A stretch of 64,000 nucleotides of DNA from Lama guanicoe (taxonomy: Eukaryota), in assembly GCA_013239625.1 (NCBI GenBank), contig MU054220.1:5812626-5876625 (forward strand), written 5' to 3'. The notes under the pieces were generated by a model. That model saw only the letters and a list, made by a program, of their open reading frames with translations, made no database searches and was not told the DNA's origin. This document shows positions 41,786 through 54,000 of the stretch, piece after piece (within the stretch, counting starts at the first letter, position 1; every line of letters starts with the position of its first letter). A program made the translations under genes and the position numbers.

Positions 41786-41799
41786 GCTATTAAAAATAC

Positions 41800-42172
41800 C
41801 TGATGTAATGGAGACTTTGGCCCCTTCACTGGTCCATTTTTATGGGTCCACTCGTGCTCCAGCTGGTGTGAGTTCACTGTTAATGTCACACAGGTGATTA
41901 CTTCTCTGGGGAGACAGCCCACTGCTAATGTCTGGTTATACAGTGGTACAAAAGGCTGTCCTCTTCACTCAAAGAAGGACTGTGGCACATTGATTGTCCA
42001 GACACTGAGGTCAGACTAAAGATAGTCTTCAGCTGAAAACATAACCTGGGTTAGTATTTTCCATCTCTCCACCCAGATTTCTTCACTCTACTTCTCAGTT
42101 TCCTCTTTTAACAAATCACTTGAATAAGAAGTTCTCACATTAAGCTCTACTTCTAGGAACCCAGTCTAAGGT
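41800..42172 (+). mobile_element. ERVL LTR remnant (LTR16-like)
   Basis: 3' end 'aacaaatcacttgaataagaag...gctctacttctaggaacccagtctaag'. Confidence 0.6.
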
Positions 42173-42690
42173 CCCTGAAAATAGGAGAAGGATTTATTAA
42201 AAAATTTATACATCTTTTCTTCAATCTATTTTTTGAAGAAAAAATAGAGAAGGCAGTGAAATGGAGAAGGTTACTTCTATGGAACATTTCAATGAACACA
42301 TATTAAAAGTGACATATTATGTAAGTCCATGGATTCTTGGGGTGTAAAAGATAGAGTAAAATCTCTCAGACTTTCAGTTTAGTTCTTGCCTCTATCACAT
42401 ACTTGGGGATCAAAGAAAATTTAACTACTAGCTTCAGATGAGCTATAAGATTGTGGACATTTTTGTTAGACTCTTTGAGCCACATATATAGTTTAGAATT
42501 AAAATAAAAATCCCTAGTTTTCAGGGCTAAAGTAAGAATTATATAAGATCATGTCAGTGAAACTACATAATATAGTTCCCTACATGTGATCTATAAATCA
42601 ACATAGATTCCCATTGGAGGAGTAAGGGCAGAGGCAAGACACTAAAGCAGATTCTCAAAACTTTTGTCTAAATGTGTTTTTTTTTAAACT

Positions 42691-43125
42691 TGTTGCAGGT
42701 TGAGTTCCTTGGGAGATAGACTCTGAGACAATGGTTAGGTTGCAGTATGTTCATTAAGGAGTGTCCTTGGGATCAACACTCATGGAAATTAAAAAAAAAA
42801 AAAGTAAGTTTGGGCAGAGGGAAAAGATATATTGATATGTAGGTCCACTGACAGTCTTCACCAACCCTCAGGAAGTGTTGGATCTTGAATGTCCCCTCAA
42901 AATTTTTCCCTGTTTGGCTCAAGTGGCCACGCCTTTATGGTCCCATACTGATTAGTCACTGACATGACCAACCATGGGAGTGGGTGTGATCTTGAGCTAA
43001 GCATCTCTTTGCAGCTGAGGCAATCCCTGATGGTGCTGATGGCTCAAGGCTGCTGACAACATTCCTGGGAGCTAGGGAAAAAAGCTGAAGGGGAAGCCAG
43101 GTAGCACATAACATTGGTTACCACA
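42691..43125 (-). mobile_element. ERVL solo LTR (LTR33/LTR16-like)
   Basis: TG...CA termini. 'tgttgcaggttgagttccttgggagatagactctgaga' is similar to the start of the element at 25081. Confidence 0.7.
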
Positions 43126-44129
43126 AATCCTAATATTTTGGAAGGAAATGGAGACCTCTCTTCTTCCATTCCATCACTCACTCAAGAAGTATCTATTGAG
43201 ATCTTATTTTGTGGATGGCAATATGCTAAGTACTAGAGGTATAATGAAGAATAAAAAAAATTGGTCCTTGACCTTGAAAAGTTAATGGTCAAATGTGGCA
43301 GAAGACTTGTTTGTAAACAAATAAATACAAGCTGGTGAGAGCTATTTCAGAACTAAGAGGGAAAAAAGTGCTGTGGGAACAAAAAGGACAGAACAGACAA
43401 CTCAGCATGGGAATTTGGGGAACACTTCACCTTGGCTTCACCACTCATTTATGTCTAAGTCGCTGAGCTGTTTCTACAGACAACTACAAAGAAATTGCTT
43501 ACATAATACATCACTTTCAGTAGGTGCTCACTGAAACATTTTAAACTGTTCTTTAGAGCAAGACTTTGTCTCCAGACAAATGTGTGCCCCAAACTATCCA
43601 TTTAACTTATGGCATATAGCAAATCACGTTCTTTCTCAAAAATTACAAAGACTTAGGCATGTGTGTCAAGGGATGTGTATTCTTCAACTCAGGGAAATTT
43701 TAAGTGGCTGAAGGTAAGTATCTTTAGGAAAAAAAGATTTATTTAAGGGGAAAAATATATTCACTGGCACTATTTACTGTCAAGCTGATTCAACATGGTG
43801 GTCAGACATAAGTACTCAACAAATGCTGATTATTATTCATTAATAAAAATTACTGAGTCACTCAATAATCAAATGCACACCGAGGGCCCATAATAATCAG
43901 GAATTACTGAAATAATATGTCTTTATGCTTATTAAGAGCATAAGTCACACTCCCATGACGTGAGTCTTGAAACTGATGTGATCACTGTCTGAACAGCATG
44001 AATTTTAATCACTGATGTCGAGGTATATTTATGAATTTTTGGAAATGCCCTAAAATAAAACCTTAAAAACATTCCAGCTGAAAGTTCAAAGAAACTGAGG
44101 AAAACCAGAGCTTGGTTTGGAAATTGGCC

Positions 44130-45745
44130 ATGGAAAGCAGTTTGGAGTAACATAAAACAAGGGGCTTTTGAATCACAGGGAACTGTGGCTTTGTGCTTAA
44201 TCCCTCTGAGCCTTAATTTCTTCATCTGTTAGAGACGGAAAATAATATTCTCCGCAAGAGTTAATGTGATGTTTAAATAAGATGATAAATGTTAAGTGCT
44301 TGGCTCAGAGTAAGTACTCACAAGTGTCAGTCTCTTTGCCTTTCCATCCCCTAAAAACACTTTCTAAGAAAATTATGATGAGGGGTTACAACATTTAACA
44401 GGACCAGCTCCATCAGTGAATGAAAATAGCTCTTCCATTTCAGTCTTCAGAAAGGTTAATGTCAATACACATTATAAATAACGGTTGCATCAGTAATGAC
44501 CTGTACTGTCATTTACATAAATGGATGAGAGTCAAAGTGCCTGGTATACATAGAAAACTTTGAGGGTCTTTATAAAACAGCAGAAAGACCATGGGCCTTG
44601 CTGCATGTAGACTTGAATTTTAATTCCAGCATCCCTGAGAACTAACCGTGTGACCTTGCAGCTGGGATTACTTAACCTCTCTGAGAATCCATCATTCACA
44701 GAAAATTGGGGATCAAATATTCCGACTGCACAAGGCTTTTGTAAGGATCAACTAAGATAACATGCATTAAGTGCTGGGTATAGTCATGGTGTTTTAGTCA
44801 GTCAGTGAGTTGGCATAGAATCTGGCGGCACCTCTAAGAATTTCACACCCATCATCCCCTTTTGATTCTCCTAATTCACCCCTAATCTCTATAACTGGCT
44901 TCTTCTTACTTGATGTTATAAAAGTCTTGAATATAATTTCTCGAGTGACGTCAGCCTTCTTGGTAGTTGGCTGCAAGCCCATCCACTAAATTTTATTCCA
45001 ATTTATCAAACAGCACGCAAGATTGTGCTTAGTCGTACGGAAATGGAGTTTCAGAACATAAACATTCATAGGACTGCAGGTTGTTAGGGCAGGAAGGGGC
45101 CTTAGAGACACCTACTCTCTTCACCTCATTTTACAGATGAGGAGGCTGTGCTGATTTCCCCCTTTCCTGGGACTTAGAATCTCATCCAGGCAAGTCATGG
45201 GCCGGAAACAAGGTACAACTGACATTAGCTCATGGTGTTTGGAATCACCTGCAGCCCATAAGGTAACACATTTTTTTCTGACCCTTGTTGCAAACTGGGG
45301 ACGTTAATGACTATTATCAACTGGCACATGGTGTTCACTCCACACTATTAATCTATTTCATAATTTCTCTGTCCTTTATTTCTAAAGATGATAATGTCTT
45401 TGCTATCAGAGGCTATGCTTATAAATTGTTGATGTCCCAGAGAAATCCATGAATGTTGGTAGATTGAAACTTTTATTTTAAAATTGACAAAACTTTAACA
45501 ACTGACTGCCCCAATGATTACTGAATAAGAGCCATCATTTGTTGAGCACTAATGTTTCTCCAAGCACTGTTTTTTCGTGATTCACATTTACTACCTCTTT
45601 TGATTTTTATATCCATCTCTGACGTCAGTACTATTATTATGACCACTTTACAGATGAGAAAAAATGAGTCACAGGTGTTAACTTGTTAATAATTTGCCGA
45701 AATTCACAATAAGGGGAAAGATGTGGATTTAACCCAGGCAAGCTG
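44130..45745. mobile_element. Cluster of four MIR SINEs (~44130-44330 +, ~44585-44790 +, ~45060-45200 -, ~45525-45745 -)
   Basis: MIR cores 'ctctgagccttaatttcttcatctgt', 'acttaacctctctgag', 'cattttacagatgaggaggctg', 'ctttacagatgagaa'. Confidence 0.75.
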
Positions 45746-46516
45746 AGTGTCCACTGAACGGATGAATGTTTTACTCACAAGACCATTGTTAGAAGATCAG
45801 GAGTAAAATGATCTGATGCATTTTCTTCAATGTTGTCGGTTCCTGTTGTTGCTGTTGTTTCTAATCTCGCCTCATTCTTGGATCTCTGTTTTGTATATCA
45901 CATTTTTGGAAACTATGGTAGTGTAAATAGATCTGACCGCATGTGATGTTCAGAGGAAAAGCTCTTGCCCTGACCTGACGAGATCCCACAGCATCTTACT
46001 CAGAGTCCTTCCTGTCCTTGTCAGCAGCAGAATCAGCAGCTGTAGCCAAGAATGTCAGGAAAGAGGCTAGATTAAATATAAATATGTCTATGGAGTCATG
46101 TCTAAGGCAGACTTTTTAGGTCACTGCAGCTGGGAATAGAAAATGATTTTGAATTTTGAGTGTGAGGTTAATTTCTAAATAAATGAGGCTGAAAAGTATA
46201 GTACATGGCACCTATGGGTACCAGTGACTGAGAAAAAATATTAAGAACATTTTAAAAAACATACCATGGGAAACATGCTGTAATATCTTTTGTTTATCTT
46301 TCCTCATAAAAAAAAATCCCAGCTAGGAAGATTGTAAGGGAAACATGTATAATAACTTCCACTAGTGGCACTACTTGAAATGGAAATTTTTTTTCCACTT
46401 AACTAACTCTGTAACTATGGAGGAAAATGAATAACATAAATACAATATGTGTTAAACTCATCAGAACGCGTGCTTGAAGTTTTCTATAAGCATTTGGGCT
46501 TTAAAGATCATTTGAG

Positions 46517-47400
46517 GGGATTTCTGGTTCTGGCCAAAATGAAGTAGCCCATTCCTCCTGGGTCCTCCTCCGTACAGCTGAAAAACTCTGAACACAGCAC
46601 AAGAAACAAGCACGGGAAGATAGACAGTTGGAAAGCAGGCGGGTTACTTGGAGAATCTGGGACTTGAAAAATGAGAGTACTGAGTTCCCTGTTTCCTCAC
46701 TGGCTCCCATATATTCCAGACAGGGCCCTGTAGAAGCGCTCAGTCCAGAACAGCCAACAGATCAAAAGAAGCTCTGAGAATGCCTGTTATTCCTGGTCCA
46801 ATGACTGGGAAGTGATGGGCTAAAATAACAACAACAACAAAACGTCTTGGCAAATACTCATTCTACTCAAGCCAAACCCCCACGGAGAATGCGTTACCCT
46901 CTCTGCTACGGTTTCAGGAGGGCTGATTGCATTGTTTGCGTTCTCCCCACCCACCCTACCCTCAGAAGTAGATGGGGCGCTAGGACCCCCCACCTTCTGG
47001 GGGGCGGTGCCCAGCTACGCGCGAATCCCAGCTCAGCCAAGGTAGTGTATGTGGGCCTGAGCCGGGAGTTGGCCGTCCGTCCCCCGCACAGCAGAGGCAG
47101 GCTGTGGGTGTAGGGTCAGCAGGATCCAGGGACTGGCTGAGCCTCCGCCTCCATCCGGTAGCAGTCAGACTTCACTAAATGGCGAAAGTCAGAAGAAATC
47201 AGTGCCCTACTTTCCTCTGCCCCTGGTGTCAGTGGGATCTGGTGGAGGGCTGAAACTCCACACACCCACCTGGCACTGATGAGAATGACCAAGTCAGTGG
47301 GTGGTGAACTGAGAGCTGCTTAACACTCTGTTCCTGGCCACACACAACCCCTCATCCCGTGTCAGAGGGGCGCAGCTGGGAGCCGAGCCTCCAGCCCTAT
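46517..47400 (+). mobile_element. Ancient L1 5' end (L1M-type 5'UTR), locally GC/CpG-rich
   Basis: Starts 'gatttctggttctggccaaaatgaagtagcccattcctcc', resembling old L1 5' termini, followed by GC-rich UTR-like sequence. Confidence 0.55.
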
Positions 47401-49107
47401 CTGTCCTCAGTGAAGCAAAGTGAGTTGGTTCCCAGTGGGGCTGGTTGAGACTTGCTATCCTCTATTAACTGGATACCCTCTATTAACTGCATTTTCTTTC
47501 CTTTTCCGATTTCCTACTCCTCTACAGATGTTTCCTTTAGCTCCCAAACAAAATACTTGTACTTAGATCCTTGCCTCAGGTCACCTTCAAAGTAATACCT
47601 CATTCAAGTAACACTCACTTGAACATTTTTTTAACTTCAGCGTATTAATATTGGAGTTGCTGCATTTCTGATTATAAAGATTATAAAGTAAATCATCTCT
47701 ACTGTCAAGGAGTCAACATTTTGGTGGAGAAGCCAGAAACTCACTATGTTAAAAAGAAGTTAAAATTGTTTAACTTGTCGTAGGAGAAATAAGATGACAT
47801 AGGGACAATCTAATGCTAATGAAATGTATCAAGTTCCTTGGATTTATCATCCCATAATCCAGATTTGAGTGCAACCTTATAAACAGTCCTTCATCATTCC
47901 AATTCTTTCTAGAAGCCTTGTACATAGTAAGTTAAAGCAACACACAATTATACATTTATTCATATGCTGAATGAAACTTTATTAAGAATCTAATATGGGT
48001 CAGGCACTGTATTACACAATTGACATTATGCTGGTACTCTGAGGGATTGAATCAAACAGAACACAACATCCAACAGAGAATGAAGGGTTAACTCAAATAG
48101 AAGAGAATGACAGAGGAGAGAAAACCTCTCAGTATCTAGAGGAATAGGAGGTTTCAGCGTTGAGGAAATCACATCCCCTCTTCCTGCCCAAAAATAAGAA
48201 GGAAAATATCAGAATGCAAAGATAAGTTATTCTTCTCTCAATTTCAATAGAAAAACGGAAAGGTTCAGGGAATGAAAAAGAATGAAAGCCATAAAAATGT
48301 ACTTGGCAAGTACATTTCAATTTACTTCAGTTTATTATTCTTTATCTATCTCATCTAAATAGTTCCTTTAGGTTAACTGAATAGAATTGCAGAGTATTCA
48401 GTGGGGACCGCAGGAGCAGGAACCGTACCTTGTTCAGTGATGGAATCAGTCCTTCATCCCCATTTTGCCTTTGCATATGTGCTGTTCAAACCTTCAAGTT
48501 TCAACATCCTGGTCTTTCTACTGTGATTAGCAAATGCCAAATCAATTTAAGAACCATTGCACTGAACATCAAGGAGTTAAATCATCCCTTGGAAACTGAG
48601 TTAGAACAGATTCTGATATTGGTTTTATTGAATCACTTAATTCTATGTAAAGAGAAAGAGGAGCCTAAGTGTGAGGAATGTCTGAAAGTCAGTAGTGTCA
48701 TACCCTACCCAGGCCTCCCCTTCTCGGGTGTGCCGTCTATGACAGGCAATCCCTTGGGTCACACCTGCATCAGAAACATTCTTTTACATGGCTTTCATCT
48801 GACATTCTGCATTCTTTTCATATATATCATCACAGTGCAGAGGTATACCCAAGTCATCATTGCGTTCTCTGTCATGTTTTCAAATACCCTAGAATTTCCC
48901 TGTGTCTGTTTTTAACACAACTGTACAGAAATCATTAACTGAAGAAATTACTGTTTAATATTTTTCTCCACTGTGAGAATTACTCAGTTTTGTATGTTTT
49001 GCTCTGTCTTCCTCATCACTAACGTCCAGTTTTCAGAAAAGTACATACCACAAAGTAAATACTTGTCGAATGAAAAGTGACGTGTGCGAAAACAGTCTTC
49101 ATACCAA

Positions 49108-49257
49108 TGCACTGCAAACTTTAGAGTATGTAACACTTCTGATCTCTTTCCGTTCCTCGAGCCAGATGTTTTAATTCACTAAATTGGGGCAGGGTTCATG
49201 ATTTTTGTTTCTAAGAGGCTCAAGGGTGATGCTCAAGCAGCACTTTGGGCAGCACTT
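49108..49257. mobile_element. MER5A-like MITE remnant
   Basis: 'tttctaagaggctcaagggtgatgct...cactttgggcagcact'. Confidence 0.55.
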
Positions 49258-49294
49258 GTCCACATGACTCTATGGCCTCGCTAAAGAAACCAAT

Positions 49295-49850
49295 GATAAG
49301 ATTCCAAAGCTGCACTTGAACGGTTGTGGCCTTCAAAGCCCATTTGAGACATTGTACATAGTGATCAGGGATTTCTGGTGTCCCCATTTCTGGTGTCCCC
49401 ATATCCCCCATATATAGGGATCTGTCTGTTGTTTTACTTGGGCCAAGAATAGACTCAGGTAGCCCAAGGGATTAGGACATTCCTTGGACATTTTTACTCT
49501 GGACCTTAACTATCTACAGCTCACATTTCACTATATATCCCTGATGGTGGGGGTAATTTCATTACGATTTCACATTTCCTCCTTTTGCACCAGTTTGAAT
49601 CAAGCTACTGATGAACACTGCCTTCCTCGCAGGACTTCCTAGCCACTGATTTATTTCTGAGTTTTGGAGGAAAGTTTCAGAGAACTTGAAGTTCATATTT
49701 ACCTACCTGTTTCCCACCATTCACAGATGGACTGTCAAACACCACGTATCAATTCAAATCTGAGAGTACATACAACGCTATATCTCCTCCTGACACTTCA
49801 ACTGGTTCATTTGCCTACTGCCACCTCTCTTGTTGCAATTCTGTTCTGAC
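49295..49850 (+). pseudogene. Ty3/Gypsy integrase fossil
   Basis: Collinear decayed motifs: TLYIVIRDFWCP (cf. T..LI.R.FWWP), AK....*PKGL (cf. K.....P.GLL), TLDL (cf. SMDF), GLPSH*FISEFW (cf. GLP...QF.S.FW), SHHSQMDCQTPRIN (cf. AYHPQTDGQTERVN), YIQRYISS*HFNW (cf. YLRCYIS...NW). Confidence 0.75.
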
Positions 49851-50084
49851 AGTGTCCAGTTTCTGAGAAATTTAAATTCAACTCAATGCTTTACTGCAAT
49901 AGTTGCACAGTGATTGGCATTTTAGTAACTGTTTGGAACTAAATGAATTGCAAGTTTCCTCTACCCACTACTGTTTTGAGGAGGAGTGACTGTCTCAAGT
50001 TTTGAGGAAGAAAAAAACCATCTAGTCAAAGAAGTGGGAAAAAAGAGAGTAATAATGTATATACAAAGACTGCTTACAATTGCT

Positions 50085-50600
50085 GTGCGATCCTTAGGAG
50101 GCAAAGGTGGGCTGTAATTCTTTCACTCTGATTATTATAGAGTCTCTTCTGTGGTCTTAACCACGTCTCCCTTTTCTGGAACTGGACTGTGAATGGGTGC
50201 TGTTCCAGAAACCAAGTAAGACAATGGAATCACCATCTATCCTTACATCAATCTTCAGCTCTTCGATTTCAAGCAGATTTGGAGCTCTGTAATCTGCTAC
50301 TCCATCACACGGGCCTGGGACCTTATGATCATTGCCATTCTTCCTAGTCATCAACTAATGTTTACATAGTAGAATATGCCTGCACAGAGCATCGGTCCTC
50401 CAAAACATCTCCAAATTTCTAACTTGTCTTTAGACAAGAATGAAAGAAAGAAAAATCATTCTCTTTACCCAGCATCGTATTTGGTAAGTAGACAATTGAG
50501 GGAAAGTAGATTTGGATTTTTCCCTCCAAGGTTCTAGTTTGCCTATTGGTATCACACTATGTTCTTAGAAATCACAAATTTCTCAGCCCTCTGATGAAAA
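50085..50600 (+). pseudogene. Ty3/Gypsy RT C-terminus / RNase H fossil
   Basis: VRSLG (cf. VRSFLG); PF....CEWVLFQK..KTMESPSIL (cf. PF.W...CQ.AF..LK....SAPIL); IA-FF-SHQL.....N across frameshifts (cf. IAFFSRKL...E.NY); SRQLR....FFPPRF*FAYWY...AL (cf. RQARW..FFSRF.F.I.Y...ADALSR). Confidence 0.55.
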
Positions 50601-50649
50601 TGAAGTCCCCATGTATCAGAGACTGTTATGAATCACAAATCCACGTCAC

Positions 50650-51035
50650 TGAAAATTTACCATCACCCAGAGTTTTGACCTGAGAAGGTACCCTCTCTCT
50701 CATTTATACCTTACATTGCCAGTAATTTTCCCTCCATGATACTTTCTCTAGCTCGTTTTGTTCCGAATTTCCAGACTCCTCTCTACTGGTAAATCACACT
50801 GGCTCATTATACGGGCTTCAGTAAGTGGGATTTTCCTGCATCAGTCTTTCTTCACCTCCTGCATTAATCTTCTCTTCTCATTCTTTTTTGGACATTGATG
50901 AGTTATGGTCCCCCACTCCCTTAAAATGCACACCTCCACCTTCTCCAGCTAAACAGAGCCAGGATATCACCAGCTTCAATGCACAGAACTTGAAACAAAT
51001 GACCCTGACTTCTTGTCAGCTTTGTATGAATAAAC
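50650..51035 (+). pseudogene. Ty3/Gypsy RT N-terminal fossil
   Basis: GFSCISLSSPPALIF (cf. GFIRPS.SP..APIF), PLP (cf. YPLP), FSS*TEPGYHQLQC.E...LYE (cf. FSKLDL..GYHQIRM.E...G.YE). Confidence 0.5.
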
Positions 51036-54000
51036 AGATTAGATTTCTGTTTTCCCCATGTAATTCTCTGTCTCTGAAAAAGTTGTAGAAAGTAGACTTA
51101 AGGAGAGCAGTAACAACCACACTTGGTATGTGTAAAGAGTCCTTCCTTGCTAACTGGCATCTTTACCGTTGTAAAGCTTTTGAATGCATTTTTCAGCAAA
51201 TATGTCTTAGCTGAGGTACATAAGTGTTCTCATTTAGCAAAAGGCAGCCTGTGATGCAGAAGAATAAAAGGCTTTGGTTGAAAAAGGCCTTAGAATAGAG
51301 AATGTTCTATATCTCATATAGATGCTGAAAAAAATATTCATTGAACTGGGTAACATAGTAAGTAAGTTAGAAAGGTAGATCCAGCTCAGTGATTCTCTCC
51401 AAAAGTGCCCACCGGTCTATGCATGAAGCACAGAGGCTTTATTTCTTCATCTTCACTTTGTGTAAGCAAGGACACTTGCCGTCCTTTGTCTACTACAATT
51501 GTAGGATAACTTGGGGAGTAACACAAAGAAGATCGTTCCTTGAAGCTGGAAATGTGTCGTGTTGAACTCTGTAGCCACAGCGCTCAGCAATATGTCTGGA
51601 CCGTAAAACGTATATGATGGATGCTCGCTGGGTGAAAAGGATACTGGAGAGGAAATAAAAACGCAAAGCCATGAAAAAACTCTCCAAATCACACCCTCTC
51701 CGTTCAAATATTCATGAATTGATGAGGCGAAGAAATTGTTCTGCTCCGTTACAATATCTGTCCCCATTCCCTCTTCCACACATGTAAGCAGCAAGCACTT
51801 ACTGTCAGATTGTGACCCTGGGGAAGTCATTCATTTCCACTTGAACCAGCTGTTTCAAATAACTTGTGCATGTTGCGTTTACCAAAGGGAAATTATACCT
51901 TTTCTTTCTTTGATTCACTGAGGGATTTTTATTTGGAAAACATTTACTTGCATCTTTCAGCTGCTGTGATAGATTTCACAGCAAGCATCTCACTGTGAAA
52001 GAGGAGCCCCTGCAAACTGCTAACCTTCTTCAAGGTCCCTTGTGGTGCCAGGCGAAGGGGAACAGGAAGGGAGGCGGACGGGGAGCAGAGTGTTCTCCTG
52101 GAATCAACTCATGTGGGGCCACTTCTGAGCAATCTGTTGAAAAGCAGCCTGTGGGAGGGAAACAGGCTTGGAGCTGCCAGGGCAGCGTTCAGATCTTAGA
52201 TGCAGAATTTTAAGTTATTGGGCCTTTATATTTCACCTCTATGAGAATAAATGAGAAGAAGATACACCTCTACAGAGTGTATGTAGTACAATGTTTCTAA
52301 TACATAAGAGATGCTCAAAAATTGTAGCTATTCTTGTCCTCATTTAGAAAAAACAACCTCTGCCCTTTTAAATAAGGAAACAATAAAATGTGCACATCAC
52401 TAGGGACGTCATTAGGGAGAACCTGATTGCTTTTCCAATAGAGGTGATAGAATTGCAGTAACAGACAGCAGTACACACGCCACATTTTCTTGCTGGATCC
52501 AACTTGTAACAAATAATTCATGTTTCTAGGGAACAAGTTCTTTGTCTTTGGTACTTAGAAATAGTTCTAGCATACAGTAGGTATTCAACAAGCATGTGCT
52601 TAATCATGCGATGTGTAGATTAGGAGTACAGACTGTGATGATGCTAAGCAATGGTACAACCTTCATTTCCTACGAACTGGCTAGGTGCAGAGCTTGACGT
52701 GCTGTACAAAAAATAGAGAAACGAATGAAGGGGACACTGCCTTTGCCCTCTAGTGTGATTTGGTAGCCAGAGCATATAGGATATGTTCCAGGAAGGGTGA
52801 GTCATCTTATGACTGGAGCATCAGATTTGGGGAGATTTGAGATGTAATGTTAAATATATCTGGAAATGTGGAATGATATGATATAATAAATGACCTTGAA
52901 TTCTCAGAAACCGTCAAAAATATTTGATCTAAAGGAAAGGCTGATCAGATGGGAGCAGTTAGGAGGATATTAAAATAGTCTGGTTTGCTAGTTTTCCATC
53001 TCTAACCTACAGGACACAAAGCAACGAGTGGCAGCGCTCAGAGATCCGTATCCTTACTTTGACTGCAGTCAGCCTGCTTTAAAATGAATCACTATATATT
53101 GAAAAACAGTAGTCTTGGGCGGAGGTGGGAAGATGACACACTTCTGACCTAACATGTCAGGGGGACAGACAGGTCAAATTTGGCAGTTATTAAACAATTA
53201 CAGTTCAGAGTTAGGTGAGTCATTTCAGGTTTGGAAAAGAAGGAAAATTAAAAGATGCTCATAAAAATGCCTTGGCTGGAATAAGATGAAATTAACCTGG
53301 GGGGGGGGAATGTAAGAGGAAGAAATAGGCTTAGGTGAAAAGATGAATAATTCTAGATATGGAATAAAGTGAGACTAATTAGTCTGAAAAGTGGGGAACA
53401 AGAAAATTCATAAGTAAAATACTCTAACCCAAGGATGCCCCCAGAATTGTCCAAGTCAGATAGGCCAGAATCAACTTGGGAGCTTCAAATTGATACATTA
53501 TTGGGTTTTTGCTTTTGGAGAGTCTAGTTCAGCAGATCTGGGATAGGACAGGGAAAGCCCTATTTTTCCTAAAAGTGCTCACATTTTCTGATGGGTGGCC
53601 ATAGAATAAAATCCACTCCAGGGTCTTGGGATGACCACCTGGGTTTAGGTATAATTTGATGCCCAGGAATGAACAGTGAACAAATGACTAAAAGAAGAAA
53701 GGATAAAAATGACATCCACGAGTTTTGTTTCCCACTAAATCTTTTGTTGTTGTTGTTGTTGTTTATTCTTAATCATAAAAAAAAATAGATTCTATCCCTA
53801 AAGAGAGAAAGTTTTGTTTTGGTTAATCTGGTCCTTTCAAGGAGAGAAGAGATACCCCATTTCCTTCATGGAAACCTTCCTCTCCTTGATACTGAAGCTG
53901 GCTGAAACCAAAGTGTTACATTTCTCCCAATGAGAAAAGGGTACATGTAAAAATTAAGTACAATCACACCATTTTAGTATTTGAGGCAACTTTAAAATCA

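Noticed and set aside
47459..47489. Short duplications (cctctattaactg x2; also gatccaagatt x2 near 7003-7031) and (TG)n tracts
   Set aside because: These are ordinary slippage products with no repeat-spacer or CRISPR-like array.
48430..48915. Longest ORF in the window (161 aa)
   Set aside because: It starts at TTG, has no recognisable domain or exon structure, and its length is compatible with chance in 64 kb.
49261..49280. 'HDS' as the first zinc-finger His of the Gypsy integrase
   Set aside because: It is too far upstream of the FWxP motif. The His at ~49313 fits the spacing better.
50600..50620. Minus-strand GDF motif suggesting a CR1/L3 endonuclease
   Set aside because: It is an isolated 3-residue match, and the + strand Gypsy motifs explain the region better.
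51453..51830. 125-aa minus-strand ORF in a CpG-retaining segment
   Set aside because: It overlaps an L2 tail-like remnant (~51560-51625) and has no recognisable protein similarity.
52742..52762. CTCF-like motif (minus strand ACACTAGAGGGCA)
   Set aside because: It mismatches a core C, and single motif matches are common by chance.
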